DNA of 32,000 bases from Schaalia odontolytica (GCF_005696695.1 NZ_CP040006.1:60001-92000); one strand, 5' to 3'; counted from the first letter of the stretch, positions 1-8,409 are shown. The notes: generated by a model not told the origin, from the sequence alone. A program made the numbers and translations.

Positions 1-260
1 TTGCGGGCCTGCGGCACGTAGGACAGGACGCGGCCCAGCGCCCGGGTCGACATCGACGAAATGGGGGTGCCGTCGATGAGCGTGCGCCCGCTGTCCCATT
101 TCTGCAGGCCGATCATGGTGCGCAGCAGCGTCGTCTTGCCGGCGCCGTTGGGCCCCAGGATCGCTAGGAGTGAGCGCTCGGGCACTTCGAAGGACACGTT
201 CGTCAGGATCGGGGAGGGTGCGCCCGGATAGGTGAAGGTCGCGTTTTCGACGCTGATCAT
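1..260 (-). CDS. ABC transporter ATP-binding subunit (iron-siderophore/cobalamin FecE/FepC type). Only the N-terminal ~86 codons are present; the gene continues past the left edge.
   Basis: Reverse translation from ATG 260-258 gives MISVENATFTYPGAPSPILTNVSFEVPERSLLAILGPNGAGKTTLLRTMIGLQKWDSGRTLIDG... with Walker A GPNGAGKT. There is an ATGA start/stop overlap with the permease gene (stop 259-257). It is absent from the ORF track because no stop lies in the window. Confidence 0.88.
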   Translation of the reverse strand, partial: MISVENATFTYPGAPSPILTNVSFEVPERSLLAILGPNGAGKTTLLRTMIGLQKWDSGRTLIDGTPISSMSTRALGRVLSYVPQAR

Positions 261-1285
261 CGCGCTCCCCCCGTCCGACGCAGCAGCACGATAAAGAAGG
301 GTGCACCGATGATGGCCGTCAGGATCGAAATGGGAATTTCCGAGGCCGACAGGGAGCGCGCGAGGGTGTCGATGACGATCATGAGCGCCGACCCGAGTAG
401 CAGCGAGACGGGGATGACCGCTCGGTTGTTCTGCCCGCACAGCATGCGCGCGCAGTGTGGCACGAGCAGGCCGACCCAGCCGACCTGGCCGCACATTGAA
501 ATGACCGAGGCCGTGATGACCGTCGAGGCGACGATGAGGATGGCGCGCATGAGGGAGACGTTGACGCCTGCTGAGCGGGCCTCGTCCTCAGACAGGGAGA
601 GGATGTTGAGCTGCCAGCGCAGTGCCACGATGACGACGACGCCCGCGATGATGAAGGGGGCGCCCAGCGCGATCTGGTGGTAGGTGACCGCGGCAAGGGA
701 GCCCATCAGCCAGTAGGTGATCTCGGGGAGCTGGCTCGTGGGGTCGGCGGTGAGCTTGAGGAGCGAGAGGACCGCGTTCGCCAGGGCGGATACGATGACG
801 CCGCCGAGCACGAGCGTGATGACGTTGAAAGAACCCGTGCGCGTGCGCGAAATCGCCGTCGTAAACGCCATCGTCCCCAGGCCTGCGACGAGCGCCGCAG
901 CCTGCACGCCGATCAGGTTCCAATCCAGCAGCAGGGCGATGACGGCGCCGACGCACGTGCCCGCCGCGACACCCAACGTGTCCGGAGTGGCCAGGGGATT
1001 GGAGAAGAGAGACTGGAACGAGGCGCCGGCAACCGACAGGCCACCGCCGATCAGGATTGCCACGATGATGCGCGGCGCCCGCAGGTCAAACACGACGGAG
1101 TTGACCCGCGGGGGCACCGCCGGGCCACCCCAGAACCTCGCGCGCAGCGCCGCAACCACGTCCTCCAGGGACACGGAAAAACGGCCGATCAGCATGGCTG
1201 CCGCCGCGCACACGACGATGAGGGCGATCAGCGTGGGGACCACCCACACGCGCAGCCGCCCGTTCCTGGTCAGTACAGACTTCAT
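257..1285 (-). CDS. FecCD/BtuC-family ABC permease (iron-siderophore/cobalamin type)
   Basis: ORF track 257..1324 (-). Polytopic membrane protein with FecCD-type stretches (..GGGLSVAGASFQSLFSNPLATPDTLGV.., C-terminal ..IIGAPFFIVLLRR). Start trimmed to ATG 1285 (MKSVLTRNG..), which is preceded by GGAGAGG. The stop overlaps the ATPase start. Confidence 0.88.
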   Translation of the reverse strand: MKSVLTRNGRLRVWVVPTLIALIVVCAAAAMLIGRFSVSLEDVVAALRARFWGGPAVPPRVNSVVFDLRAPRIIVAILIGGGLSVAGASFQSLFSNPLATPDTLGVAAGTCVGAVIALLLDWNLIGVQAAALVAGLGTMAFTTAISRTRTGSFNVITLVLGGVIVSALANAVLSLLKLTADPTSQLPEITYWLMGSLAAVTYHQIALGAPFIIAGVVVIVALRWQLNILSLSEDEARSAGVNVSLMRAILIVASTVITASVISMCGQVGWVGLLVPHCARMLCGQNNRAVIPVSLLLGSALMIVIDTLARSLSASEIPISILTAIIGAPFFIVLLRRTGGAR

Positions 1286-1330
1286 GATGTCCTCTCCCCG
1301 ACGCGCGCCGGGAGTAAAGCGCACAAGGGA

Positions 1331-1365
1331 CCCCGGCCTCGTCGATAGGGGAGACGAGGCCGGGG
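1331..1365. repeat. GC-rich palindromic (REP-like) hairpin between the binding-protein and permease genes
   Basis: CCCCGGCCTCGTC (1331-1343) pairs with GACGAGGCCGGGG (1353-1365): a perfect 13-bp stem with a 9-nt loop. Nearly the same arms and loop recur, inverted, at 29689-29726. Confidence 0.6.
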
Positions 1366-1372
1366 CCAGGTA

Positions 1373-2509
1373 TCAGGACGCGGAGTCCGGGTTGACGATG
1401 CGCTGGGCCTGCTCGTCCGTGAGCGTGAAGTTGTACATCTTCTGGTAGTAGTCCTTCGTCATCGACACGAGGTCAACGTCGGAGAACTGCTCCGGGTACA
1501 GGGACGCGCCGATCCAGTTCGCCACGATCGGGGAATCCGGGTTGGGGGTGAACCAGTTCCACATGCCCAGGCCGGTGGAGTAGACGCGGCCGGACTTCAC
1601 GGAGCTGAGGGTGGACAGGTCCACGCCCTCGACCGAGTTCGTCAGGACGGTGTTCGCCGTCATGTTCGACATGCCCTTGCCGGTGACGAGGAGGACCTGG
1701 GGGTCCCACGTGAGGACCTGCTCGAAGGTGACGGGCGTGTGCGAAGTGTCGGTGTCGCGCGTGACGTTCGTGTAGTTCAGCGAGTCGGCCCATTCGTTGG
1801 TGAACCAGCCGTCCTTGCCGCCCGCAACCGCGAGCTGGCCGTCGGCCGCGCCCATGAGGACCATCGTCGAGACCTTCTGGTCCTCGGGGACCTTCGCGGT
1901 GCGCGCGCGGGCGTCGGCGACCAGATCCTTGCCGAGCGCGATCTTGTCGGCCATGTGGCCATCCTCGTTGAAGACGTCCTCAAGGAGCTCCATCCACTCC
2001 GCGTAGGTCTCCGAGGGGTTGCCCAGGGTCGTGAAGCCGACGGCCGGGATGCCAGCCTTGCGGAACATTTCGCCGTGTTCCTTGTTGAAGGCGTTGTAGA
2101 AGACGACGTCGACGTTCAGGTTCAGGAGGGCCTCGGCGTTGAGCTCGCCCTTGTCGTAGTAGCTGGTGTCCACCTGCATCATTTCGGGCGCCATCTCGGC
2201 GGCGATCGTCTGGCTCATGGCCTTGACGCGGGCGGCGCTCATGCCCACCAGGTAGGGGGCCTTGCCGTCGAAGTAGGCCAGGTAAGTGGATTCGATCGGG
2301 ATCTGGTCGATGGCGACGCGGGTGATCTTCTCGGGCAGGACGACCTCGTTGCCTGCGTGGTCGGTGATCGTGCGCGTCGACGAGGCCGAGGCCTCCTGGG
2401 TGGTCGCCTCCGATTGGGTGGTGGTGGAGCCGGAGCTGCCCGCGCAGGCGGTGAGGGCCAGGGTGGCGGTGGCCAGGATCGCGGTCAGGGTGGCGAGGCG
2501 GGTTTTCAT
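1373..2509 (-). CDS. ABC substrate-binding lipoprotein, partner of the FecCD permease
   Basis: ORF track 1373..2554 (-). Start trimmed to ATG 2509 (GAGAGGA upstream), which gives a signal peptide plus lipobox MKTRLATLTAILATATLALTAC followed by a Ser/Thr-rich linker. It is on the same strand as the permease and 87 nt upstream of it. The ligand class is inferred from operon context only. Confidence 0.82.
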   Translation of the reverse strand: MKTRLATLTAILATATLALTACAGSSGSTTTQSEATTQEASASSTRTITDHAGNEVVLPEKITRVAIDQIPIESTYLAYFDGKAPYLVGMSAARVKAMSQTIAAEMAPEMMQVDTSYYDKGELNAEALLNLNVDVVFYNAFNKEHGEMFRKAGIPAVGFTTLGNPSETYAEWMELLEDVFNEDGHMADKIALGKDLVADARARTAKVPEDQKVSTMVLMGAADGQLAVAGGKDGWFTNEWADSLNYTNVTRDTDTSHTPVTFEQVLTWDPQVLLVTGKGMSNMTANTVLTNSVEGVDLSTLSSVKSGRVYSTGLGMWNWFTPNPDSPIVANWIGASLYPEQFSDVDLVSMTKDYYQKMYNFTLTDEQAQRIVNPDSAS

Positions 2510-2548
2510 TGGGTCCTCTCGTGTTTTTGGGATTACGAGGGAGATGCT

Positions 2549-2564
2549 ACACAAAATTAGGTGT
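2549..2564. promoter_or_regulatory. Weak candidate operator/promoter of the siderophore-type ABC operon (DtxR/IdeR-like half-site)
   Basis: ACACAAAATTAGGTGT is a partial palindrome containing TTAGGT. It lies 40-55 nt upstream of the binding-protein start, in the only AT-rich patch there. On the coding strand it abuts a TAGCAT -10-like hexamer (2544-2549). Judged by eye only. Confidence 0.25.
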
Positions 2565-2720
2565 TCCTCACAAGGCGGAGTGCGGCATTATGACACGGTG
2601 TATTTTCCTGGGGGTCGTGCAGAGGTTTTGGCGGCGTCGATGTGCGTGTTTCTCGGACGCAGATGAGCACGCTCGTTTTTATCCTGGCGTCGATAGGTTG
2701 AAGTGTGCGGAAGGAGCATC

Positions 2721-3653
2721 ATGGCTGTGGAGCTCGATCTGGAGCGCGCCCTCGTCATTGGGGTTGCGTCCAGTGCCCTGTTTGACCTGGAAGAGTCCGA
2801 CGCGGTGTTCCGCGAGCAGGGGGAGGAGCGGTATCGGGAGTATCAGCGCGAACATCTCGATGAGGTGCTCGAACCGGGTGTCGCGTTCCCCTTCATTCGG
2901 CGCCTCCTCGACCTGAATGACCTGTCGGATCGGGAGCGGCTGGTGGAGGTCGTCATCCTCTCACGTAATGACCCGGAGACCGGGATGCGGGTCATGCGTT
3001 CCGTCGCGAGTCACGGCTTGGACATCACGCGCGCGATCTTCATGCAGGGCCGTGCCCCGTATCGCTTCATGAAGCCACTGCGCATGTCGCTGTTCCTCTC
3101 CGCGAACGAGGCCGACGTGCGAGAGGCGATCAGCCTGGGATTTGCGGCGGGCCACGTCGTCGGGCACGCCGTACCGGACGATGGGGACACGGATCTGCGC
3201 ATCGCCTTCGACTTCGACGGTGTGCTGGCTGATGATTCGGCCGAGCGCGTGTTCCAGAGTGGGGGCCTCGAGGAGTATCAGGAGAATGAGAGTGCCCTGG
3301 CCGAGGTGCCTCTCGACCGCGGGCCGATGGCCGATTTTCTGGAGAAAATCAACAGAATTCAGGGTCTTGAGGACTCAAAAAGTGTGGATGATCCGCAGGG
3401 ATACCGGCGTCGGGTCCGCGTCGCCGTCGTGACGGCGCGCAGTGCCCCCGCCCATGAGCGTGCAATCAACTCGATCCGGCAGTGGGGCCTGCGCGTCAAC
3501 GATGCTTTCTTCCTGGGAGGCCTCCCGAAGGGGCCCATGCTGGAGGTGCTGCAGCCGCACATCTTCTTCGACGATCAGCGCCGCCATGTGGAAGGTGCTG
3601 CCCTCTCCACCCCGAGTGTCCATATCCCCTTCGGAGAAATCAACAGGGAGTAG
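2721..3653 (+). CDS. HAD-like 5'-nucleotidase family protein
   Basis: ORF track 2703..3653. ATG 2721 is preceded by GGAAGGAG. The sequence matches my recollection of the bacterial 5'-nucleotidase family: N-terminal ..IGVASSALFDLEESDAVF..YREYQ..PGVAFPF.., HAD motif I-like FDFDGVLADD, then ..VVTARSAPAHERAINSIRQWG.. and ..HIFFDDQ.. Confidence 0.7.
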   Translation: MAVELDLERALVIGVASSALFDLEESDAVFREQGEERYREYQREHLDEVLEPGVAFPFIRRLLDLNDLSDRERLVEVVILSRNDPETGMRVMRSVASHGLDITRAIFMQGRAPYRFMKPLRMSLFLSANEADVREAISLGFAAGHVVGHAVPDDGDTDLRIAFDFDGVLADDSAERVFQSGGLEEYQENESALAEVPLDRGPMADFLEKINRIQGLEDSKSVDDPQGYRRRVRVAVVTARSAPAHERAINSIRQWGLRVNDAFFLGGLPKGPMLEVLQPHIFFDDQRRHVEGAALSTPSVHIPFGEINRE

Positions 3654-3699
3654 GTGTTGGTGGTCGTTGTGGCTTCCATTGTTGAGGGTGCCGGTGAAA

Positions 3700-3739
3700 G
3701 TGGGGCGGGGGTTGCACGCACGTGCAACCCCCGCCCCAC
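3700..3739. terminator. Bidirectional hairpin terminator between convergent genes
   Basis: GTGGGGCGGGGGTTGCACG (3700-3718) and CGTGCAACCCCCGCCCCAC (3721-3739) are perfect 19-nt complementary arms. The hairpin sits between the stop at 3653 (+) and the stop at 3775 (-). Confidence 0.8.
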
Positions 3740-3774
3740 TTGTGTCTCAGATGTCTTGTTGCGGAAAATCCGAG

Positions 3775-4614
3775 TCAGTCGTCCAGGTGGGCGACCGCGT
3801 AGTCGGCCTCTTCCTGAGTGAACTTCTCGCCGTACTCGCTGACGAGCTGCTCGCGAATTGCCTCATCGGACATGTTGAGCGTCTTTTCGTATTCCTTGGC
3901 CTTGGCGAGGGCGTTCGCGTTCCAGTCGGCCTGGATGTTGTCGATCGCGTACTGGGCTGCCTCGGGGGAGAATCCCTCAAACTCGCTGGTGAGCTGGTCG
4001 TAGATTCCCTGCTTCGACATGTGAAGCGTCTTCGAGTAGTTCTCTGCGGACTTCAGCGCCTTGCGGTGGTCGCGCGGAACGTCGTCCTTCTTGGGATCGG
4101 TCGTCGATGGCGCTTCGGTCGTCGGATTGTCTGTCGGCTTGGCGTCGTCCGTGTCGTGGTGGACGAAAAGCGTGACCTTAGCGTCCTTGCTGAGAGTTGC
4201 TCCCGCCTCGGGGGTCTGAGAGGTGACGGTCCAGTTCGTCACGTCGAGTACCATCTTCTTGCCCGACTCATCCTTGAAGGAGATGTCGACCTTGCCGAGT
4301 GCTTCGAGCGTCGCACGGGCCTCGTCGCCGCGCATGCCGACGACGTTGGGCACGGTGATGTCCGCACTCGATTCGGTTGTCGTTGACGTTGTCGAGGGCT
4401 CGGCGTCCTTGGTGCTGTTCTTGCCCTTGGGGTTCGTCAGGCTGCCGATGAGGACAAGGCCGACGAGGACTGCAATGGCGATGAACCACCACTTTTTGTA
4501 AAACGGCTTGCTCTGAGGGGGTGTCACCTGCTGAAAAGGTGAGTGAGGGGCGCTCGGGGCGTTGCCTGTCGCGTTGTTTCCGAGGCCGTACTGCGGTGTT
4601 GGGCTTGTCATCAT
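3775..4614 (-). CDS. Membrane-anchored protein with a PASTA-like domain and two Ltp-type (host cell surface-exposed lipoprotein) repeats
   Basis: ORF track 3775..4614 (-), with AGGAG upstream of the ATG. It has a Pro/Gln-rich N-terminus and one TM (WWFIAIAVLVGLVLIGSL). A PASTA-like segment follows (ITVPNVVGMRGDEARATLEALG..TSQTPEAGATL..KVTLFV). Two repeats then fit the Ltp pattern (..ALKSAENYSKTLHMSKQGIYDQL..EGFSPEAAQYAIDNIQADWNANALAKAKEY..MSDEAIREQL..FTQEEADYAV). Confidence 0.72.
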   Translation of the reverse strand: MMTSPTPQYGLGNNATGNAPSAPHSPFQQVTPPQSKPFYKKWWFIAIAVLVGLVLIGSLTNPKGKNSTKDAEPSTTSTTTESSADITVPNVVGMRGDEARATLEALGKVDISFKDESGKKMVLDVTNWTVTSQTPEAGATLSKDAKVTLFVHHDTDDAKPTDNPTTEAPSTTDPKKDDVPRDHRKALKSAENYSKTLHMSKQGIYDQLTSEFEGFSPEAAQYAIDNIQADWNANALAKAKEYEKTLNMSDEAIREQLVSEYGEKFTQEEADYAVAHLDD

Positions 4615-4792
4615 GACTCCTGTGTCGAGTGGACTTAGTGAGTAAACCTAGTGATGTGGGACATGTTTGTCAACAACTAATTACTTTAAAATCTTGGACT
4701 TGTCAGGCATCAAGTGGGCTACCCGCTGCATTGTGGAGGGTGATACCGGCCCGGCGGTCGCAGATGTGGGCGGGGCCTGGGAGACTAGGCAC

Positions 4793-6928
4793 ATGAGCAC
4801 ATCCGCGCGCGATGCCCGCCGCCTCACCCCCGTTGAGGTGGCGACCGCTGGCGCGCTCTCGGGTCTGGCCGTCACCTTCGGCCTCATCGCCGCGGTCACC
4901 CCCGTCTTCCAGCTCTTCTTCCAGGTCGCCACGGCCGTCCCCCTCGCGATGGTCTCACTCAAGCTTCGGCCTCGGGCTGCCGTCGCGGCCTTCGCCTCGA
5001 CGATCCTCCTTGCCATCGCCGTCGGCGGCGTCGCCACCGCCGGCCGCTCCTTCCAGGCCGCCCTCGTCGGCCTCATCATTGGCTTCCTCCATAAGAAGCG
5101 CGCTTCCTGGCTACCCGTCGGCGGCGTCGCCGCCGGCCTCGGTGTCATCTGGGGCGTCGGCACGGGCGTCGCGTTCTGGGTCCTGTCCGACCTGCGCACC
5201 CTTGGCCTTGAGAGCATCCAAAAGACCCTCAATGGCTTTCTCAAGCTGATTGGAAACATCCCCTACTCCGGCGGCTTCGTCGACGCAGGGCATCAGCTCG
5301 GCCAATGGTTCGTCGACTGGTGGTGGATCTGGATCCCCATCACCCGCTTCATCGGCGTCGCCTTCCTGGTCCTCGCCGCACGGTGGCTCCTCGGTGCGAT
5401 CCTCAGCCGCATCTCCCTCGACGCGGGCTGGGACCCGCTCCTGGATGCGTCCGCCCGCTCGGTGGACCCGCGTGAAGGGGCCGAGGCCTCGTCCCACTTG
5501 CCCCTCACCCTCACCGACGTCGACTTCACCTACCCGGGCGCCGACCACCCCGCCCTGCGCGGCGTCACCCTCAGCTTCCAGCAGCCTGAATTCACGGTCA
5601 TCGTCGGACATAACGGCTCGGGCAAGTCCACCCTGGCCCTCCTCCTCGCGGGCGCCGAACCCGGCTCTGGCGTGCGTGAGGGTGGCGGCGTCCTCGGGGC
5701 TGTCGGCGGGACCGCGCTCGTGGGACAGCGCTCCGAACTCCTTGTTCTCGGACAGAGTGTCGCCGAAGATATCACCTGGGGCATGAGCGCGGAGCATATC
5801 GCCGGCCTCGACCTCGAGGAGCTGCTCGAGCGCGTCGGCCTCGCAGGCCTCGCCGACGCCGACCCGCGCTCGCTCTCCGGCGGGCAGCTTCAGCGCCTCG
5901 CGCTCGCGGGCGCGCTCGCGCGCTCCCCGCGCCTGCTCATCTCCGACGAATCCACCGCCATGATCGACCGGGCCGGCCGCGCCGAGATGCTCGACCTCCT
6001 CGCCTCCCTGCCCGCACGCGGCATCGCCGTCGTCCACATCACCCACGACCCCGCCGAAAGCGCGCGCGCCGACCGAGTCGTCACGATTCGTAGCGGGCGC
6101 ATCGTCTCGGACCGACGCGCGGGGGAGGGGAGCGCCGCCGCGGACGGGCTTCGCATCGACGAGGCCGGGGATCCTCTCGGTTCCCCCGCTCCCGGTGCGC
6201 CGACTGTGTCGTCTGTGTCGGGCGCGCCTGCGCTCATTAACGCCGCCCATCTGTGGGCCGACCGCGTCGCCCACACCTACGACCTCGGCACCCCCTGGGA
6301 GAAGCCTGTCCTGCGCGACGTCAGCCTGATCCTCGACCCCGGGCAGGCCATGCTCATCACCGGGGACAACGGATCGGGAAAGACGACACTCTCGCGCGTC
6401 CTCACCGGCCTGCTCGTTCCCACCTGGGGGCGGGTCACTCTCGGCGGGCGTCCCATGGAGCGCTGCGTCGGCGACGTCGCCCTCTCCATGCAATTCGCGC
6501 GCCTCCAGCTCCAGCGCCCCTCCGTGCGCTCCGACATCCTCGCCGCCGCCGGTCATGGGCCGCGCATTGGCACCGGATCTGTGCATCGCAAGGGTGCCAT
6601 CAGCCGCGAGGAAGGCGACCGCATCGTCGCCGAGGCCATGGAACTGGTCGGCCTTGACCCGGCCCTGGCGACGCGCGGCATCGATGACCTCTCCGGCGGC
6701 CAGATGCGCCGCGTCGCCCTCGCTGGGCTGCTCGCCTCCCACCCGAGCGTCCTCATCCTCGACGAGCCCATGGCCGGCCTCGACGCGGCCTCGCGCGACC
6801 TGCTCATCTCCGTCCTGGACGAGCGCCGGCGCGCCGGCCTGTCCATCCTCGTCATCTCCCACGACCTCGAGGGGATGGACGCCCTGTGCGACACCCACGG
6901 ACACCTCGCCGAGGGGGTGCTCTCATGA
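4793..6928 (+). CDS. Fused ECF-type transporter protein: N-terminal polytopic membrane domain plus two tandem EcfA/CbiO-type ATPase domains
   Basis: ORF track 4667..6928 begins at a TTG. ATG 4793 (MSTSARDARR..) with GGGAG upstream is the more plausible start. About 230 aa of hydrophobic helices come first. ATPase domain 1 has GHNGSGKST, LSGGQLQR, LLISDE and ITHD. ATPase domain 2 has GDNGSGKTT, LSGGQMRR, LILDEP and ISHD. Confidence 0.85.
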   Translation: MSTSARDARRLTPVEVATAGALSGLAVTFGLIAAVTPVFQLFFQVATAVPLAMVSLKLRPRAAVAAFASTILLAIAVGGVATAGRSFQAALVGLIIGFLHKKRASWLPVGGVAAGLGVIWGVGTGVAFWVLSDLRTLGLESIQKTLNGFLKLIGNIPYSGGFVDAGHQLGQWFVDWWWIWIPITRFIGVAFLVLAARWLLGAILSRISLDAGWDPLLDASARSVDPREGAEASSHLPLTLTDVDFTYPGADHPALRGVTLSFQQPEFTVIVGHNGSGKSTLALLLAGAEPGSGVREGGGVLGAVGGTALVGQRSELLVLGQSVAEDITWGMSAEHIAGLDLEELLERVGLAGLADADPRSLSGGQLQRLALAGALARSPRLLISDESTAMIDRAGRAEMLDLLASLPARGIAVVHITHDPAESARADRVVTIRSGRIVSDRRAGEGSAAADGLRIDEAGDPLGSPAPGAPTVSSVSGAPALINAAHLWADRVAHTYDLGTPWEKPVLRDVSLILDPGQAMLITGDNGSGKTTLSRVLTGLLVPTWGRVTLGGRPMERCVGDVALSMQFARLQLQRPSVRSDILAAAGHGPRIGTGSVHRKGAISREEGDRIVAEAMELVGLDPALATRGIDDLSGGQMRRVALAGLLASHPSVLILDEPMAGLDAASRDLLISVLDERRRAGLSILVISHDLEGMDALCDTHGHLAEGVLS

Positions 6929-7800
6929 TGGAACCCCACTCCGCCTGTGGGGCTACCGGCCCCGGCGGCGGTGCCACCGAGGGCCGCTTCTCAAGGACCC
7001 CTCCCGGCCTCGGCGAAGGGCCCCCGCGCCCCAAGCCGCGGCGCAGTGCGGGCTTCACCCTGCCTCGACCCCTGCCCTGGTCGACGCCACTGTCGCGCGC
7101 CTGGCCCGGCACACTTATCGCCTGCTGGACGGTGCTCACCACGTGCGTGATCCTGTCGCCGCGCTGGTCGACGCTCGCGATCGTGGGAGGCCTCCTCCTC
7201 GTTGCCTCGCTAGTCGTCCGTCTCCCCCTCGGTGTTGCACCGCGTCCGCCCATGTGGTTCGTCTCCGGCTTCATTGGCGGCTGTCTCGGTGCTTGGCTGG
7301 GGGATGGCCTCGAGCTCTTCCTACGCGTCTCCACCCTGGCGCTCGTCGTCCTGTGGGGATCCGGGCTCATCGCGTGGGTGACGCCGACCGCCTCGCTCGC
7401 GGCCGCTCTGCGTTTCTTCCTGCGGCCGCTGCGGCTCCTGGGGGCGCCGGTTGATCAGTGGTCGCTCGTCATGGCCTCCGCCCTGCGAGGCCTGCCGATG
7501 CTGCGAGACCAAGCGCAGGCGGTGCTCGACACCGCCAAGCTGCGCCTCGGTCAGGACATGGCGACACTGTCGCTGCGCGGGTATGCGCGCCTGAGTGTCG
7601 ACGTCATTACTGCGATCCTGTCGGCCACCTCGCGAGGTGCGGCCGAAACCGGGCGCGCCATGTCCATGCGCGGAGCCATCGAGTCCCAGGACGGTGCGAC
7701 TCGTGGGGCGCGCGTGCGGCTCGGATGGGTGGATGTCGCTGTGATCGCTGCAAGCCTGTTGGGTGTCGCTGGCATCGTTGCGTGCAGGTTGATGCTCTAG
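6925..7800 (+). CDS. ecfT: ECF transporter transmembrane (T) component, EcfT/CbiQ-like
   Basis: ORF track 6886..7800. ATG 6925 overlaps the upstream stop (ATGA at 6925-6928). The protein is hydrophobic with a Pro/Gly/Arg-rich N-terminus and sits immediately after the double ATPase, as in ECF modules. The exact start is uncertain. Confidence 0.75.
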   Translation: MMEPHSACGATGPGGGATEGRFSRTPPGLGEGPPRPKPRRSAGFTLPRPLPWSTPLSRAWPGTLIACWTVLTTCVILSPRWSTLAIVGGLLLVASLVVRLPLGVAPRPPMWFVSGFIGGCLGAWLGDGLELFLRVSTLALVVLWGSGLIAWVTPTASLAAALRFFLRPLRLLGAPVDQWSLVMASALRGLPMLRDQAQAVLDTAKLRLGQDMATLSLRGYARLSVDVITAILSATSRGAAETGRAMSMRGAIESQDGATRGARVRLGWVDVAVIAASLLGVAGIVACRLML

Positions 7801-7884
7801 TGTGCCGGTCGCATCTTTCTGCGAAATAGTGCGGTTTAATCGAGGTTGTACGGGATCTTGTGCCCTGGGTCATACGGCGCTGAT

Positions 7885-7914
7885 TTGACGCGGGGGGTGT
7901 GATGCCCCTATTCT
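7885..7914 (+). promoter_or_regulatory. Candidate promoter of tRNA-Leu
   Basis: TTGACG (7885-7890), an 18-nt spacer, then TATTCT (7909-7914). The tRNA 5' end lies 10 nt further on. Confidence 0.4.
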
Positions 7915-7924
7915 TTCTGGGTAC

Positions 7925-8008
7925 GCGCGAGTGGCGGAATAGGCAGACGCGCACGGTTCAGGTCCGTGTTCCAGTGATGGAGTGGGGGTTCAACTCCCCC
8001 CTCGCGCA
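7925..8008 (+). tRNA. tRNA-Leu, anticodon CAG (type II, long variable arm); CCA not encoded
   Basis: A cloverleaf can be folded by hand. Acceptor GCGCGAG/CTCGCGC with discriminator A. D arm GCG..CGC. Anticodon stem CACGG/CCGTG with loop TTCAGGT. Variable arm of 15 nt. T arm GGGGG-TTCAACT-CCCCC. Confidence 0.93.
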
Positions 8009-8013
8009 CGATG

Positions 8014-8046
8014 AAACCGCAGATCCTTTCGGGATCTGCGGTTTTT
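8014..8046 (+). terminator. Rho-independent terminator after tRNA-Leu
   Basis: AAACCGCAGATCC (8014-8026) pairs with GGATCTGCGGTTT (8032-8044), and the stem runs into a T tract (GGTTTTTG). Confidence 0.75.
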
Positions 8047-8298
8047 GTTTTCCCTGGTTGTGGCTTGTGGCCCCGCTGGTGTTCCGGGCGCCGGAGAGCC
8101 CGCCCGCGAGCCGTCCGCGCTGCGAGCTTCGCTCGGCGCGTCGCCTCGAAGCCCGCCCGTGCCCTCCGGTCCCTCCGGCACCCTCCATACCGGCGGCGCC
8201 TGCGTTGCTGGTGCGTCGCTTGGTGCGTTGTCTCGATGCCCGGCCAGACCCTGTCGCCGCCCACCGGCACCGCGGCCAGGCCCCGCCACCGCCCATCA

Positions 8299-8409
8299 AT
8301 TTCGCACGTAATTCCCCTGCGGCTTGTTCAAACATTGAATTTGCGTCGTTGGAATTGCAACGTTTTTGGGGTGTCTCGAAAAATGACCGCGATAAATTAC
8401 GTGCGAAAT
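8299..8409. repeat. Diverged copy of a MITE-like inverted-repeat element (copy E1)
   Basis: Perfect 15-bp inverted repeat: ATTTCGCACGTAATT (8299-8313) and AATTACGTGCGAAAT (8395-8409). The flanks (GCCAGGCCCCG upstream, GCGAAATATG downstream) resemble those of the 138-bp repeat at 8456-8593. Confidence 0.55.

Noticed and set aside
4615-4792. A possible riboswitch in the ECF transporter leader. A GGGTGATACCGGC...GGCGGGGCCTGGGAG stretch vaguely recalls ZTP/pfl-type words.
   Set aside because: The match to any riboswitch consensus I know (TPP, cobalamin, FMN, ZTP) is poor, and the ZTP regulon does not fit an ECF importer. A covariance-model scan is needed, so no feature was called.
5111-6904. 597-aa minus-strand ORF antisense to the ECF ATPase gene. 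The same pattern appears in the other long antisense or out-of-frame ORFs (10830..12908 -, 11279..12871 -, 13569..14984 -, 14854..16962 -, 20435..21451 +, 24184..25440 +).
   Set aside because: These are typical high-GC shadow ORFs. Their products are Arg/Gly/Ala/Pro-rich and low-complexity, with no motifs. They fully overlap genes that carry clear family signatures on the other strand or frame.
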